Assembly (NCBI GenBank): GCA_051362555.1
Contig: CM120646.1
Span: forward strand, 22,692,001 to 22,756,000
DNA length: 64,000 nucleotides
Source of the DNA: Lingula anatina
Lineage: Eukaryota; Animalia; Brachiopoda
Direction of reading: 5' to 3'
Part shown: one piece after another, positions 22,518-34,342 of the stretch
Layout: every line of letters starts with the position of its first letter
Position numbering within the stretch: position 1 is the first letter of the stretch
The notes under the pieces: generated by a model
Told to the model about the DNA's origin: nothing
What the model saw: the letters and a program-made list of their open reading frames with translations, nothing else
Database searches by the model: none
Made by a program: the position numbers and the translations under genes

Positions 22518-24005
22518 CTAACAATAAACTACATGTATAAATATCAATGTCACGACCATCAACGACAAAAGTGTTCCCAACATTGTCCAAATGCACCACT
22601 GTCGTTTCTTTTGCCATTTTTGTTGTTGCTGTTTCTGAGTCTGTTTCAGCGCGGAAAGTATCGCTACTCTCAGTTTGGCATAATTACGTTCGTTCTGAAA
22701 CCCTCCATTGGTGGCAACGCGGTGCGCTATCTGTGCATACTCCAACGCGATATCATACTTCTCCCTCCTCTGATAGTAATCTGATTTGGCAATATTCAAG
22801 TAACAGCTACCTACAGAGTTCATTACAAGTGTCCCGAAGTCGCTTTCGGTTTTCTCTATACACTCCCAGGCCTGGCGCATGTCTGACTCATCTGGCACCG
22901 GCCAATCGTAGTTCGGGGTCTCCCCATAACCGCACAGCACAATGGCCTGCTTGCACAGTGCCACCTGGATCTTACGATCGTTATGTCTCCCCATTACCTG
23001 GTCCGTGTAGTAGCATTCAACACTCTTGCCATAACAGTAAACGATTTCATGCAGGTTTTCCTTCGTCATGTGCCGTTCTTGACTACGGAGACTCGCCTCG
23101 TGGAAGAAGACGGCGGCAGTCACGCGGCCTATTTTTAAGGAGCTGATTTGCTGCTTAGCGCACGTTAACGCCTCCCATGCACTACGCATGTTTCTTGAAC
23201 AACGGTACCTTGAAGCCTTGAGATAAAGATACATGGCTGAGAACATTGCGGGGTTGACGGTCTTGCCTATCTCCTTCTGCAATTGTCGATCATAGGAATT
23301 CACTTTCTGGGAATCTTTTTGAAACAATCCCTTAAAATAAGCGTGCTTTAACTGCACTAGTAATATCACTACACGAACGTCGCTTGGCAGAGATTTCTTC
23401 CGCATTTTTTTAACCCTTCTTCTAAAGGTTCGCAATCCGCCGTCATCGACTTCTTTCCCAAGCTTTTCGTACAGTAATAGATAGTTCTGTTCCTTACTGG
23501 ACAGCTCTGCTTGTGCCACCGATGCGGGAATATCGTCTGAAACATCCCTTCCTTCAGTGCGACCATTGAATAGTTGGTGTCCGTTTCCCAAAAAACATTC
23601 AGAATCGGTATCCGAAGAACTATGGCTCGATTCTGAAGTTGTGTCTCCAGACGAGGTCGAGCGGGACTTTGACCGGGTGCCCCGACAACGCTTTTTATTT
23701 CTTCTATATTTCAATAAATCTTGTTGTGATATTTCTGTATCGTTCAAAGTTTTGATTATATAATACTGACTTGCGTTTTCCAAAGCCTGTAGGAACGCTG
23801 AATACGCCATTGGGCCGCCACGTTTGAGAAGCCGAAGAAGTTCTTCCGCCTTACGGTTCTCGGAAACTGTATTTAGGATACCGGCTGCTTCATCATCAAC
23901 TAGAATCCTTGACTGTACTAAATGGGACAGTAGCCTGTGTGTCTGAAGGTTCTTTATCAGATAATCGTGATTTTTCAGTAATCGCACATGGTCCTGGCGG
24001 TCCAT
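22518..24005 (-). CDS. CARD-domain, TPR-like helical, C-terminally membrane-anchored protein A (495 aa, single coding exon)
   Basis: N-terminus matches the CARD pattern (LLKNHDYLIKNL..LLSHLVQSRIL..AEELLRLLKRGGPMAYSAFLQALE); Ser-rich linker; helical repeats (YLNIAKSDYY..YDIALEYAQIA); KKRQ then a hydrophobic C-terminal helix. Splice acceptor at ~24048 indicates a 5' UTR intron. Confidence 0.85.
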   Translation of the reverse strand: MDRQDHVRLLKNHDYLIKNLQTHRLLSHLVQSRILVDDEAAGILNTVSENRKAEELLRLLKRGGPMAYSAFLQALENASQYYIIKTLNDTEISQQDLLKYRRNKKRCRGTRSKSRSTSSGDTTSESSHSSSDTDSECFLGNGHQLFNGRTEGRDVSDDIPASVAQAELSSKEQNYLLLYEKLGKEVDDGGLRTFRRRVKKMRKKSLPSDVRVVILLVQLKHAYFKGLFQKDSQKVNSYDRQLQKEIGKTVNPAMFSAMYLYLKASRYRCSRNMRSAWEALTCAKQQISSLKIGRVTAAVFFHEASLRSQERHMTKENLHEIVYCYGKSVECYYTDQVMGRHNDRKIQVALCKQAIVLCGYGETPNYDWPVPDESDMRQAWECIEKTESDFGTLVMNSVGSCYLNIAKSDYYQRREKYDIALEYAQIAHRVATNGGFQNERNYAKLRVAILSALKQTQKQQQQKWQKKRQWCIWTMLGTLLSLMVVTLIFIHVVYC

Positions 24006-24259
24006 TGCTTGTCCCTATCATTGACCGTAGAAGTTTACCGTAGGCATCTGAAAATAAAAATAAAAAAGTCCATTGGAGAGTATACTGCAACAACCTATGC
24101 CCTCTACCAGAATCACCGAAATATTTTTTCGCTAGACATTCATAGATATTTATCTTTTGATTGCCCAGCGCTTTTCTGTACTGCGGGTTATTGCAAAGTA
24201 TCCCAATGACGTCATCACGCAGCTAGCATCTGGCAGAGAGAAGTAACAACCCATATTAA

Positions 24260-24581
24260 GGGACGACAACTGTTCATATGATATCCATATTTCACTATAA
24301 ATGCATTGTAAACAACTCATAGAAATATAATAAATTCTATTTTACCACTAAAACGGCGGTTAACGCAATTATTCTGAAATTTGTGCTTGCCATCACATCA
24401 CGTGACTTCCATAGCTGACTACACTCTGTAATATTACAAAAAACCAATCTTTTTAGAAAAAAAAAAACAACGACTAAGTTTGAATGTTGGAATGGATTCA
24501 TTAACCATTAGTAAGTATGGAACAAATGTCGTATACCCCAGAAAAAAATTTTTTGGGCCAAAATGCACAGTTGTCATCCTT
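24260..24581. mobile_element. MITE with TTAA target-site duplication (Kolobok-like)
   Basis: TTAA-GGGACGACAACTGT ... ACAGTTGTCATCCTT-TTAA; lies in the putative 5' UTR intron of CARD gene A. Confidence 0.65.
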
Positions 24582-25406
24582 TTAATTAAGGTTTACAATA
24601 ATCCGTAGCCCCGTAGCATAATGCTTGTTTGTCAATACTTTGTTTTTAGTTTTTTCATGATATATTTAGTCTACCGATTACACCGTGTCACCGCCCGTAC
24701 GTGTAGAGCACATGAACCACTACGTTAAGTCCTACATGTATAAAACAAAAGCATTTATAGGCCCTACTACGGATATAATCACGTTTGGAAATACGAGACA
24801 AAATTTCAAACACACAGGAATGCAACGTACAGTGTAGCAGACGGAAACTAAAAATATATATTTGCTCCGTTATGAAGAATGCGCAGGAATCAATACGTAC
24901 CCCGCAGACGAAATGCATGCATTACATTTTAGTTAGAATCAATATGGCTTAATTCAATGTGTCACTTTGTGCCCCCCCCCCCCCAGAAAAAAAAAAAAGA
25001 AAAAGTCTGAATTAAAAACAACTTTTCTCCTACTGCCATGCATGCATGCGCCCTCACATGAACACGAACGCAGCTACAATTAAATTACATCAGATACCGG
25101 GACACTACAGTATATTGCATCATTCGATCAATGAATTTTCTGTTTAGAGACTTACCTGCTGTAATGTTAACGTTATAGTAGCTGTAACCATGTATAAGGT
25201 CTCGATATGATCTGCGATTAGATATCTAACGTCTTATTTTCACTTGGGGCTGATCGTAAAGCCTATTGATATGGTAATGCGCAGTTAAACCATTCACGTG
25301 ATAGTAAGGCGAGCTCCAGTCCTGAGCATGCGTCTTATTAAAAAATAAAGCAGCTCACTCCACAACGTAAATTGCTGTGGTTTGCGCATAGACTAAACAA
25401 GAAAGT

Positions 25407-25460
25407 GGGATTTTCCAGTCACGCGACTTTCTATTATTACCTCCCGTTTTAGTTTCGGTT
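25407..25460. promoter_or_regulatory. Candidate NF-kB site (GGGATTTTCC, 25407-25416) plus IRF-type site (AACCGAAACT on -, 25451-25460)
   Basis: Consensus matches ~250-300 bp upstream of a strong - strand donor (CAG/GTAAG at ~25155) that could end the first non-coding exon of CARD gene A. Confidence 0.5.
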
Positions 25461-26420
25461 GTCGAATAGTTAAAGGAGGCATGCAGTCTGGTTTATTTTG
25501 AACATAAAGACCCGTTCTGAATAAACAAACACATTAATCAAAATCACATTTTTTATATGTAAACTTATTTGTTATGCTTGCTTATACATGTAGGTATTAG
25601 AATAGATCTGTAGTTGATGTGAAAGGGACCGTTTTGTCGCTTATTTTAATTGAGTTTGAGACCCATCAATTGTATTTCGACCGTGTTCACCTTGCCTTCG
25701 TTGACCTGACCCGGATGAAATCAAGTTCAAATAACTGTTCAGGTTATAAGCTTGTATAGCCATTGTCATTGCAAAGGGGTGTATCAGATTCCCTCCATAG
25801 TAATCACGTGACACGCATTTTCTAAACGTGATGAAATTCGTGAATAAGATCTGAAACTTCGCATCTGTATGACTAATATTTCAGGATGAAGAGTAAGATG
25901 GACATAAGAAGACGTTGTCCTCGGGGTGTCTTACGATCAAGCTTGCGAAATACCTGTGCAAATACGAAAAGATGAAAGTACTCGAAATAACATCAATACA
26001 CCAGTACATATGTACCAGTATATAAGGTCCTGAAAATGAAAGTCGTGGATTTTGGCCATCTAAGACTGTATTGGTAAGTGATGTCACGGGAGTATGTGAA
26101 TACTGTGGAATGATTTACGAGAAGTCAACACTCCCTATTTAGTTATTAAGATGTATTTTTGATCGAAGGCCTTAGTCCGAATTAAAGTCCTACATTTTTA
26201 AAGCTAATAATATAAGGAGCGATGGGGGGGGGGCTAGTATATTTACCTCCTCTTTCCATTCCGCCTATTTCTATTTCGGTATCGAAGTTTATTTATGTTG
26301 TTCAGTCACTGCAGTCCACAGCTGCTTAGAGAAAACATTGGTTTATTTGAAGGTTATAATGGGAAATGCATCTGATGAAATACAAAGTAGGTCAAACTGC
26401 AGAAATACTAATGTCGTTTA

Positions 26421-26565
26421 GGGGGCATAGTCCGAAGGTGCATTGGTCCGCAGCTTCATTGGTCCGGAAAATGGTAACATTTTCATCGGTTTTTTAATCA
26501 AGGGATCATTGGTCCGAAGGTTCTATAGTGAATATTCGGACCAATGAACCTTCGGACTATTAGGC
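26421..26565. mobile_element. MITE-like element, inverted copy of 536-689
   Basis: gaaaatggtaacattttcatcggttttttaatc..ggttctatagtgaa is the reverse complement of the core at ~574-641. Confidence 0.6.
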
Positions 26566-27171
26566 CTAATTGCTACTAATTAGGCCGCGTGTGAAATTCA
26601 CAACTACCGGTAGTTCTTAAAAGAAGGCAATCCGTTTTGGTTTAGCAAAATGTGCTTGTTTTACTTTTCTTATTCACGTAAGCTGGATAAGCATGTGCAT
26701 ATCCTCTTAGTTATTTTTAAAGACAAATATGAATAAATATGAATAATTTTGTATTACAAAGGGCCGTTTTCTATTTACTGATTTAAAAGTACATGTACGT
26801 TTATATATCTTAATTTGTATTTGTCTTAACAAATTTGTTTTACGGTTAAAACCGTTAACACATCTACTATAAATACCTATTACGAAAAGCATTTTTACAG
26901 TGATTATCACGAGGTAACTTTTTTTGTATATTTCATCATAGGGTGATGTTTGCTTTATTTTTAGAAGACCTCTGTTTTGAGAAATTACGCAGTGAGCACG
27001 CTTGTGACCGTTATCAGCGCCACCTGCAGTGTGGTGGTCGAACTAGTACACATATCTGACATATCTTGGGAGTAACATCAGTTATTTTTATGAGGGCAAC
27101 TTGTGAAAATCATATAGCCCCATGTGACGGATGGAGAAATTACGATGGCCCATAGGTATCCTCTTTATCCT

Positions 27172-27214
<43 letters not shown>

Positions 27215-28806
27215 TTTTTTATTGTTATTATTATTATTATTATTATTTTTGTAAATAATTTTTGTTAGGAAGAGTTTTCACCGCGGTAAAGATTATTTCT
27301 GCCATTGTAATAGTTATTCGTTGCCACGGCAGACATGTTTTCTTCCACCTTCTTTTTGTTACTTTCTCTAAAACGAAGCCAGCGCCACTGGAGAATACTT
27401 TGAGACGGAATGAAAAAAAAATTTTGTAGAAAAGACAATATTATAAATCTAGAAATTGTGTATTTAGTGTATTTCCTTGAATAATATATCATTAACATTT
27501 AACTTCAACACAAGTTCGTATAAAAACCTGTCGCTTTGCATACAGGTCCACAATTTTCAAAAAAAGATATTAATAATAATAATAAGCGTAGCTCAAAAAA
27601 GTCAGGCTTTAATTGCACTTTTAAAACAAGTGTCAATTTCGGGTACAGTTATATGAATAATTCCAAGTAATGCCACTTCCCGAAAAGTAAAACAAAAAAT
27701 ATATACATACATATATTTTTAGTGCTCCATGCAACCCAAGACGGGCGTGCGCACGCACACACGCACACACACACACAATGATACACATGCAGTTTATGTG
27801 ACTAAACCTTTCACTTCACTTTGAGAAAGAAAATATCACAGTGCAAACAGTGAGGACATAATTGTTATGAGTAAAAATGGAAAATTTAGAGCAAATATAA
27901 ATGTTTATTATTATTGGGAGCCTTTGCATTTGTTTCCTTTTATTTTGATATAAGATGGTTATTGTTTAGATTCTTCAATTTCCATGCGGTGAAATACATC
28001 ATAATTCAACCAGAACATCGCTAGCAATTACTATAACCAGTTCCAAATTTTGGGTTTTACCGAGAAGTGTCCTCTTGGGTGAAAACCAGGTACATGATAC
28101 AATGTCACGAGACCAAGGTGCTTCTTATAGACCAATGGTTACGTATACGAGGAAGAAAGTCAGAGCAACTTAATCTCGCTGAGTTCCGCCATTTCAAGCA
28201 CCACTGGAAACATTCATTGTCGTGTTTTAAATTTCTGCCAACAAACTCGGCTGTGCTTGTAAGGAACTGTATACAGGCTATTGGTATAGACAGTAGCGCC
28301 TTTTTTTTCTGGATCAGCCCAGTTTAATATGTACACTGGTTATACTGTACGGTTTAAGAAAGCTGGGATCTAAAATTAGTCCATGTTTTGTCAAGCGGCT
28401 TTCACAATTAGCTTTTTATTCATATTGATTCTCCAGGTCCTTTATTTATACATGGATGTTTAATTTTATACACGTGATGTTTAATTTAGGGTGCAGGGGA
28501 CCCACTCAAAATTAAAGAAATAGCATGACCCAAGAAGAATATACAAGAAATAAAATATGAATATATACACTAAGTTACTATTATTGTTGTAAAATTGATA
28601 TCAAATTAATTGTTTTACATTTTTTAAACTCAAAGACAGATTTAGAGATCGATCAACAGAAAGAGAAGATATACGCGGGTATTCCTGTTAAAAAAATTCG
28701 CCAAATGTCCCGTCCCGCCGACTATTTCACACACCCATACACATTATACACACAGAAGAAAGCAAGTGAGCAGGGTGAGGCAGTTGATTGGAATTCTTTC
28801 CGAGTA

Positions 28807-28816
28807 GGGAATTCCC
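28807..28816. promoter_or_regulatory. Perfect palindromic kB site GGGAATTCCC
   Basis: Lies just before a + strand GTAAGT donor (28824) that may end a non-coding first exon of CARD gene B. Confidence 0.45.
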
Positions 28817-29217
28817 CTAAAAAGTAAGTCAGGCAGTACGATATTTGTCTCACATTTGAGTCACCGCCCAAAACCCATTGTTTGAAACGACCGAGAGGTG
28901 TCGCCACACCGACTGCCCTGGCCACCCTTCATAAACACTGACATTTTTCTATGCGGCTAAAACCAGGAACACGACCGCAAGGCAATCTGAAGTGTAATGC
29001 GCGTAGGCTGTACCTATTAGGCGACACTTAACAGTACGTATTGAAGATGTTTTTTTTTCCTGACTGCATTTTAAATTCAAGGTCAAGTCTGCTAAGTTGT
29101 ATGTAGTAAGTCTTGTTTTACGCCAGTGGTTCTACGCGTTAGACTTAACGCTGGCGTAAAAGAAAAGTTGTAGCAAAGTGTTCAAATGCCTGTCATGGGT
29201 AGGTCGTACCCTTTCAC

Positions 29218-29440
29218 CCCATTTCCATAGATTTTAAGATCGATCTATCCCTGTGGGGAGTCTCACTAGATTACTGTCAGCTTGGCCGGCTTAAGCGTCT
29301 GTCCCGCCTACTAAAAGCTGTAAAGGGGTAATTAACTATGGTGCCCGCTCGGCTGACTGCAATTTAGCGTGAACCCCCAGGGAGTTAGGTCGATCTAAAT
29401 CTTAATCTCTAGATCGATCTAAATCTCTGGGAAAGCACCC
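29218..29440. mobile_element. Palindromic MITE, diverged copy 3
   Basis: Shares agatcgatcta, gcttaagcg, gcctact, tgcaatttag and a terminal gggaaagcaccc with the copies at 1120 and 10420. Confidence 0.55.
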
Positions 29441-30021
29441 TTTGATATCAGTAATCCCTTTTAAATACTGGACAAAATCTCACAGTCGCTTTCAACATTT
29501 TAACAGACTACTAACGCACCCTGTGGTCAGAGAGTAGGTAGGCTGACGTTTGGTTTCATGTTTTGTTTGTTCAGCAGTCATTTTTTCCACAGAAAGGGTG
29601 GCCTAGATCCACGCCGTGCCACTATAGAGTCACTATATTTCAGTAAACCTGAGTTAAGGCGTATCATATTGTAGTTTAGTGTTTTGTATTGTAATCCGTC
29701 ACATTTATATGTGCATTTTAGCCAGTACATACTGGCAAATAAATTAGGTGGATATCCTATATGTACCTGTGGCAGTGCCCGGGAGAGGTTTTAACATTGT
29801 CACAACAACAGGTGTGTAGGTCCCCGTCTACTTGTACGTGTCACAACGTAGAGTGGGGCGTGGTTGTTATTGGTTAGGTAAGTGATAGATCTGTAAAGCA
29901 GGGCTATGGTACGTGTAGTGCAACACTGGGAAGAGTACGTGTACACGCACGCTTCTGTAGGCGCGTGCGTGTACGTTTGTGTGCATGCGTCAGTATGTGT
30001 AGGCTGTCAGTTTCTCTCTCT

Positions 30022-30061
<40 letters not shown>

Positions 30062-31097
30062 GTGCACGCACGCAAGACATATTGGCAGGGACAACTCATC
30101 AGGGAAGAAAACTCATACACGTAGGCGGAGTGAAGGGTGTGACATGCACGTGCCACGTGACCTATATTGAAAAATAGAAAGAAAAAACTGCCCATGTCTT
30201 GAATCTCTTCATTAAGTTGGCTCTTCCTTTAAACTTGGGGGGAAGCCTGTAAAATGTCGTAGGGACAAGACTGTTCTATAGGCCCGAAGCTGAAATAGAG
30301 TAGTATTCCGCATGCATACAGAAATATAGAAAGTAAATATACATTGCACTGAATTCGTCAACTGTCATTTATTATTTGCGTATCTTTTTTAGGAATGCAC
30401 GACTGAACCAGGAATGCACATCGTACTTGGGTAGAGAATTCCGTAGCGAAGACTGAAAACGTTGATATTGATATGCTACATAAAGAAGGACCAGGGAACG
30501 GAGTCCGTCGGCGGCACTCGGGCAACTGACCGGACACGTCAACGGCGTTTTTAGACTGAAACAAATCCTTCGGGGTTTGCGGTTCAACCAATGGATTGAG
30601 GTATTTGTTTTGTTTTGTTTTTTCAATGCAGCCTTGGCCTTGAAGAACAGGAATATCTGCACGGGATAAGGAAGCAGGATTTGCATTTTTGCATGAGTTG
30701 ACTTGAGTTTCGTCAGCCATTAAAACAACTGATTCGGTTCTTCCCTCTTGCCTGTGTGTGAGACAGCAAGCGTTCCTATGTGACAGGTAAACTTCAGAAC
30801 AGATCTTAAGATCTTACACGGATTCTTTGGATTACGACGTGACTTAGCTGTCCACAGACTGAGGTGTGTGATGAATAAAACCTCCGTGAAAGTCTGGCGT
30901 TTTGCCTTATCAACCTTTAGTTTGGACCTTGGTGTGAACGTGAACACGAAAGACTCGAGATCAAACTGATTTGAGCTGTCGATTTTCTTCAGATTTTTTA
31001 AAAACAATTCTCAGATTGAATCTCATTCTGGAAGAAAGATCTTGACTTCAATCGAATTTAAGACGCGTGTATGACTACGTGACAGGAAGCCGTCGAT

Positions 31098-32609
31098 ATG
31101 AATGCATTGGAGAAGAAAACGCTAAACATTCACAAGCAGCTCATTTGTTCGGAGGTGAGGTACGACGAAGTCCGAGTGTATCTTTACCAAAAGGCGAATG
31201 TGCTTACAACAGCAGACATGACAAAGTTGAGACTTATGAAAAGTCTCAAAAGTAGTAGTGACTCAAGCTGCCCACTGCAGATGATGGAATTACTTCACAT
31301 TCTTAAGCATTGTTCGGAATCAAAACGAGCGTTTCATCATTTTAGAGAAGCTCTGCGCCCCAAGCACCAGGCGCTGGTCACTCTGTTAGATTTGACCCTT
31401 TCCTCGCTGCAGTCCGAAACATCTGTTAAAACGACAGAGGTTGAAATAGATGGAAAAACTGCACGAAGACGACGAATCAGTCACCTTTATTCAAATGTCA
31501 TCTCTAGCCCGTTAGATGAGGAAGACCGTAAATATCTGTTGATATATGATAAATTAGGGAAGTTAACAGACCAGGGAAACCGCCATGAATTTCAGAAAGA
31601 GGCTCTGTCCCTGCGCAGCGCGCAATGCAGCGACAAGAATGTTGAACTGATTATCTCATTGGTGGAGCTCAAGCATGATTATTTCCGCGGGAAATTTGAG
31701 CACAAGAGTAAGCACGTGGCTGCAACTCTGTCCCGCATTCAGATGCTCATTCCGTACACGACGAATCCCAAAATGTACAGTGTCATGTTCCACTACATGA
31801 AGGTGTCTTTACATCGATGCAAGGAGGATTTCTCAGGCGCGTGGGAGGAACTGTGCTACGCTAAACAGCACATGAGCTGTCTCGAGCCATGCCGGCTCAC
31901 TGCGTCAGTCCTGTTCCACGAAGCGTCTCTCCTAGCCCTGGAAGAGCCAACGACAGAGAGCATCGAAAAGACTATTGTCTGTTTTCATCAGTGTATAGAA
32001 CATTATCTTAACGACCCCAGCATGAACAATGATCGTAAAGTTCAGGTGGCTCTAGGCAAGTTGGCTTTGTTTCTGTGCGGCTACGGCGAGCGAATGAGAA
32101 ACAGAATGGGGATGAAAAATCTGGTTACGGAAAAACATCTGCGCATGGCAAAGGACTGCCTTGATAAGATAGAGCACGACTTGTGGGCGACCACTTCCAT
32201 TGCACGTTTTTATCTCAACTTAGGCCGCTCTGATTATTGGCGTCGAAAGGAGAACCTCAAAAATGCGTTAACCTTTGCTCAGAAATCAGAAGCAATAGCC
32301 AGGGAATCGGGCTTTGAAACCCAACTGGAGAGTGCAAGAAAACGAATCTTGTCTTTAAAATGGCTCAGTGACGATAACAACGATAACTGTATGGAGAGTC
32401 AAAGCGACCAGCAGGCTCACCCACGTCTAACTATTACTACCAATGTATATAAACTGTCTATGGACAGGCGGACGTTTTTCTGGATCATTGGCGTGCTGGT
32501 TTGTGCTTTCGTTCTTGGAATGGGTTTGGGGTATGTTCTGGGAAAGGTGGAAGATTGGGCTGAATACATAAAATTAATTTCAACAGGACGAAAACTTGCA
32601 TTGAGATAG
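31098..32609 (+). CDS. CARD-like, TPR-like helical, membrane-anchored protein B (503 aa, single coding exon); paralog of protein A
   Basis: Divergent CARD-like N-terminus (LLHILKHCSESKRAFHHFREAL). Blocks shared with A: YLLIYDKLGK/YLLLYEKLGK, LKHDYFRG/LKHAYFKG, FHEASL, NDRKVQVAL/NDRKIQVAL, LCGYGE, YLNLGRSDY/YLNIAKSDY. TM FFWIIGVLVCAFVLGMGLGYVLG then a short tail. In-frame TGA at 31080 supports the ATG. Confidence 0.85.
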   Translation: MNALEKKTLNIHKQLICSEVRYDEVRVYLYQKANVLTTADMTKLRLMKSLKSSSDSSCPLQMMELLHILKHCSESKRAFHHFREALRPKHQALVTLLDLTLSSLQSETSVKTTEVEIDGKTARRRRISHLYSNVISSPLDEEDRKYLLIYDKLGKLTDQGNRHEFQKEALSLRSAQCSDKNVELIISLVELKHDYFRGKFEHKSKHVAATLSRIQMLIPYTTNPKMYSVMFHYMKVSLHRCKEDFSGAWEELCYAKQHMSCLEPCRLTASVLFHEASLLALEEPTTESIEKTIVCFHQCIEHYLNDPSMNNDRKVQVALGKLALFLCGYGERMRNRMGMKNLVTEKHLRMAKDCLDKIEHDLWATTSIARFYLNLGRSDYWRRKENLKNALTFAQKSEAIARESGFETQLESARKRILSLKWLSDDNNDNCMESQSDQQAHPRLTITTNVYKLSMDRRTFFWIIGVLVCAFVLGMGLGYVLGKVEDWAEYIKLISTGRKLALR

Positions 32610-33830
32610 AGTCTACATAATATTGTTTAACGAGCTGTAGCAATGCCCTGCATTTCGTTTTAGAAGAGCAACTGCGTGTATTTCACAGTTTGAGAATACA
32701 GCTCTTTTTGCAAAAGCCCAATAATGTGTTTGCTTTTAAAGGCCCAGAATGCATTTTTATTTAAGTGCCTTATCGAAATGTTACTCTCATTTAGCAGCCG
32801 ATATTTTACTAATGGCAGCGGCTGTGTTAAAGCTTATTTTTTCCTATTGGAAAACGTGTAATTAATCAGACGAAGGTAATAGATTATATTTTTTATATAA
32901 ATGTATTGTTTTTATCATCAAGTTGTATTTATCATCAGCTGTCTTGTTAATATTTCAATATCGGCGGGTTTTCTTAAACGCCATCTTAGGATAAAACTAC
33001 ATATTTATTTTCGTTTATATATCTGTGTTTGCCTGACTTTCATTGTCTGTATTTGTCTGTTAGTCCGTCCATCTGTATGCCTGTTTGCCTACTATTAATT
33101 AAATTAATATCGATTCCAATTTAAAGGCAGGGCACTAATATAATCCTTACTACAAATAGTCTTAGCCTTTTTAGAATTCATTTGTCCAAAATGTAATTTC
33201 GGCTCTCTGGGTGCCCTTTTATTAATGTTGAAATATGACATGGTAGTGACAAGACTTGAAATATGGAGAATACGGATTACAAATACTCCGCGTGTATAAG
33301 TTCGTAAGGGTAAAATTATAACGTTTAGTACAAAATACATGGCCAATATTCTGGGTACGAGGAATTTCCTTAGTATTGTAGTCTATTTTAACACTTGCTT
33401 ATTTTCTGATTATCTCATTAGAAAATCACCCAGCCAGCGCAAACATCCACCAAGGCAGCTCAGTACTCTCAATTGTTTATTTTTATTAATTAGTAAGCTA
33501 ACTGATCAATTTATCACCATCAAAATCCTTTCCTGAAAATTGCATCAAAATCCACCCAGCACTTTTTGCGATAGGCAGATGACAGACATACAAACGTAGA
33601 TATGAAAACTTATCTCTGGAAATAATTATTTAACCGTTGTTAGTATTATTTTCTATGTAAGTAACCCTTTGTTATTATATGTGCATAGCATTTTATTTTC
33701 TTAAATGGTATAATTTAAATTACTTTTAAAATTACGGAAATAAAATGTTATATGGGAGTTACTTTCTGCGCGCGTGCATTTTTTCAACAATATCATCTTA
33801 TTTATATCTATACACCATTATTGGATCTGA

Positions 33831-34342
33831 CCCCCCCCATCTCTCTCTCTCCCCCCCCCCCCATCTCTCTCTCTCTCCCCCCCATCTCTCTCCCCCCCCA
33901 TCTCTCTCTCTCTCTCCCCCCCATCTCTCTCTCTCTCTCTCCCCCATCTCTCTCTCTCTCCCCCATCTCTCTCTCTCTCTCTCTCCCCCCCATCTCTCTC
34001 TCTCTCTCCCCCCATCTCTTTCTCTCTCTCCCCCCCATCTCTTTCTCTCTCTCCCCCCATCTCTTTCTCTCTCTCCCCCCCATCTCTTTCTCCCTCTCCC
34101 CCCCATCTCTCTCTCTCTCTCCCCCCCCATCTCTCTCTCTCTCCCCCCCCATCTCTTTCTCTCTCCCCCCCATCTCTTTCTCTCTCTCTCTCCCCCCATC
34201 TCTTTCTCTCTCCCCCCATCTCTTTCTCTCTCCCCCCCATCTCTTTCTCTCTCTCTCTCCCCCCATCTCTTTCTCTCTCCCCCCCATCTCTTTCTCTCTC
34301 TCTCTCTCTCCCCCCCCCCTCTCTCTTTGTCTCTCTCTCTCT
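33831..34342. repeat. ~510-bp polypyrimidine compound microsatellite (CCCCCCATCTCT(CT)n)
   Basis: Directly visible; the + strand is C/T except one A per unit. Confidence 0.95.

Noticed and set aside
22547-23146. 199-aa + strand ORF
   Set aside because: Antisense shadow of CARD gene A with no recognisable motif.
27980-28330. Possible transposase relic
   Set aside because: Only a vague resemblance; no continuous frame or catalytic motif could be supported.
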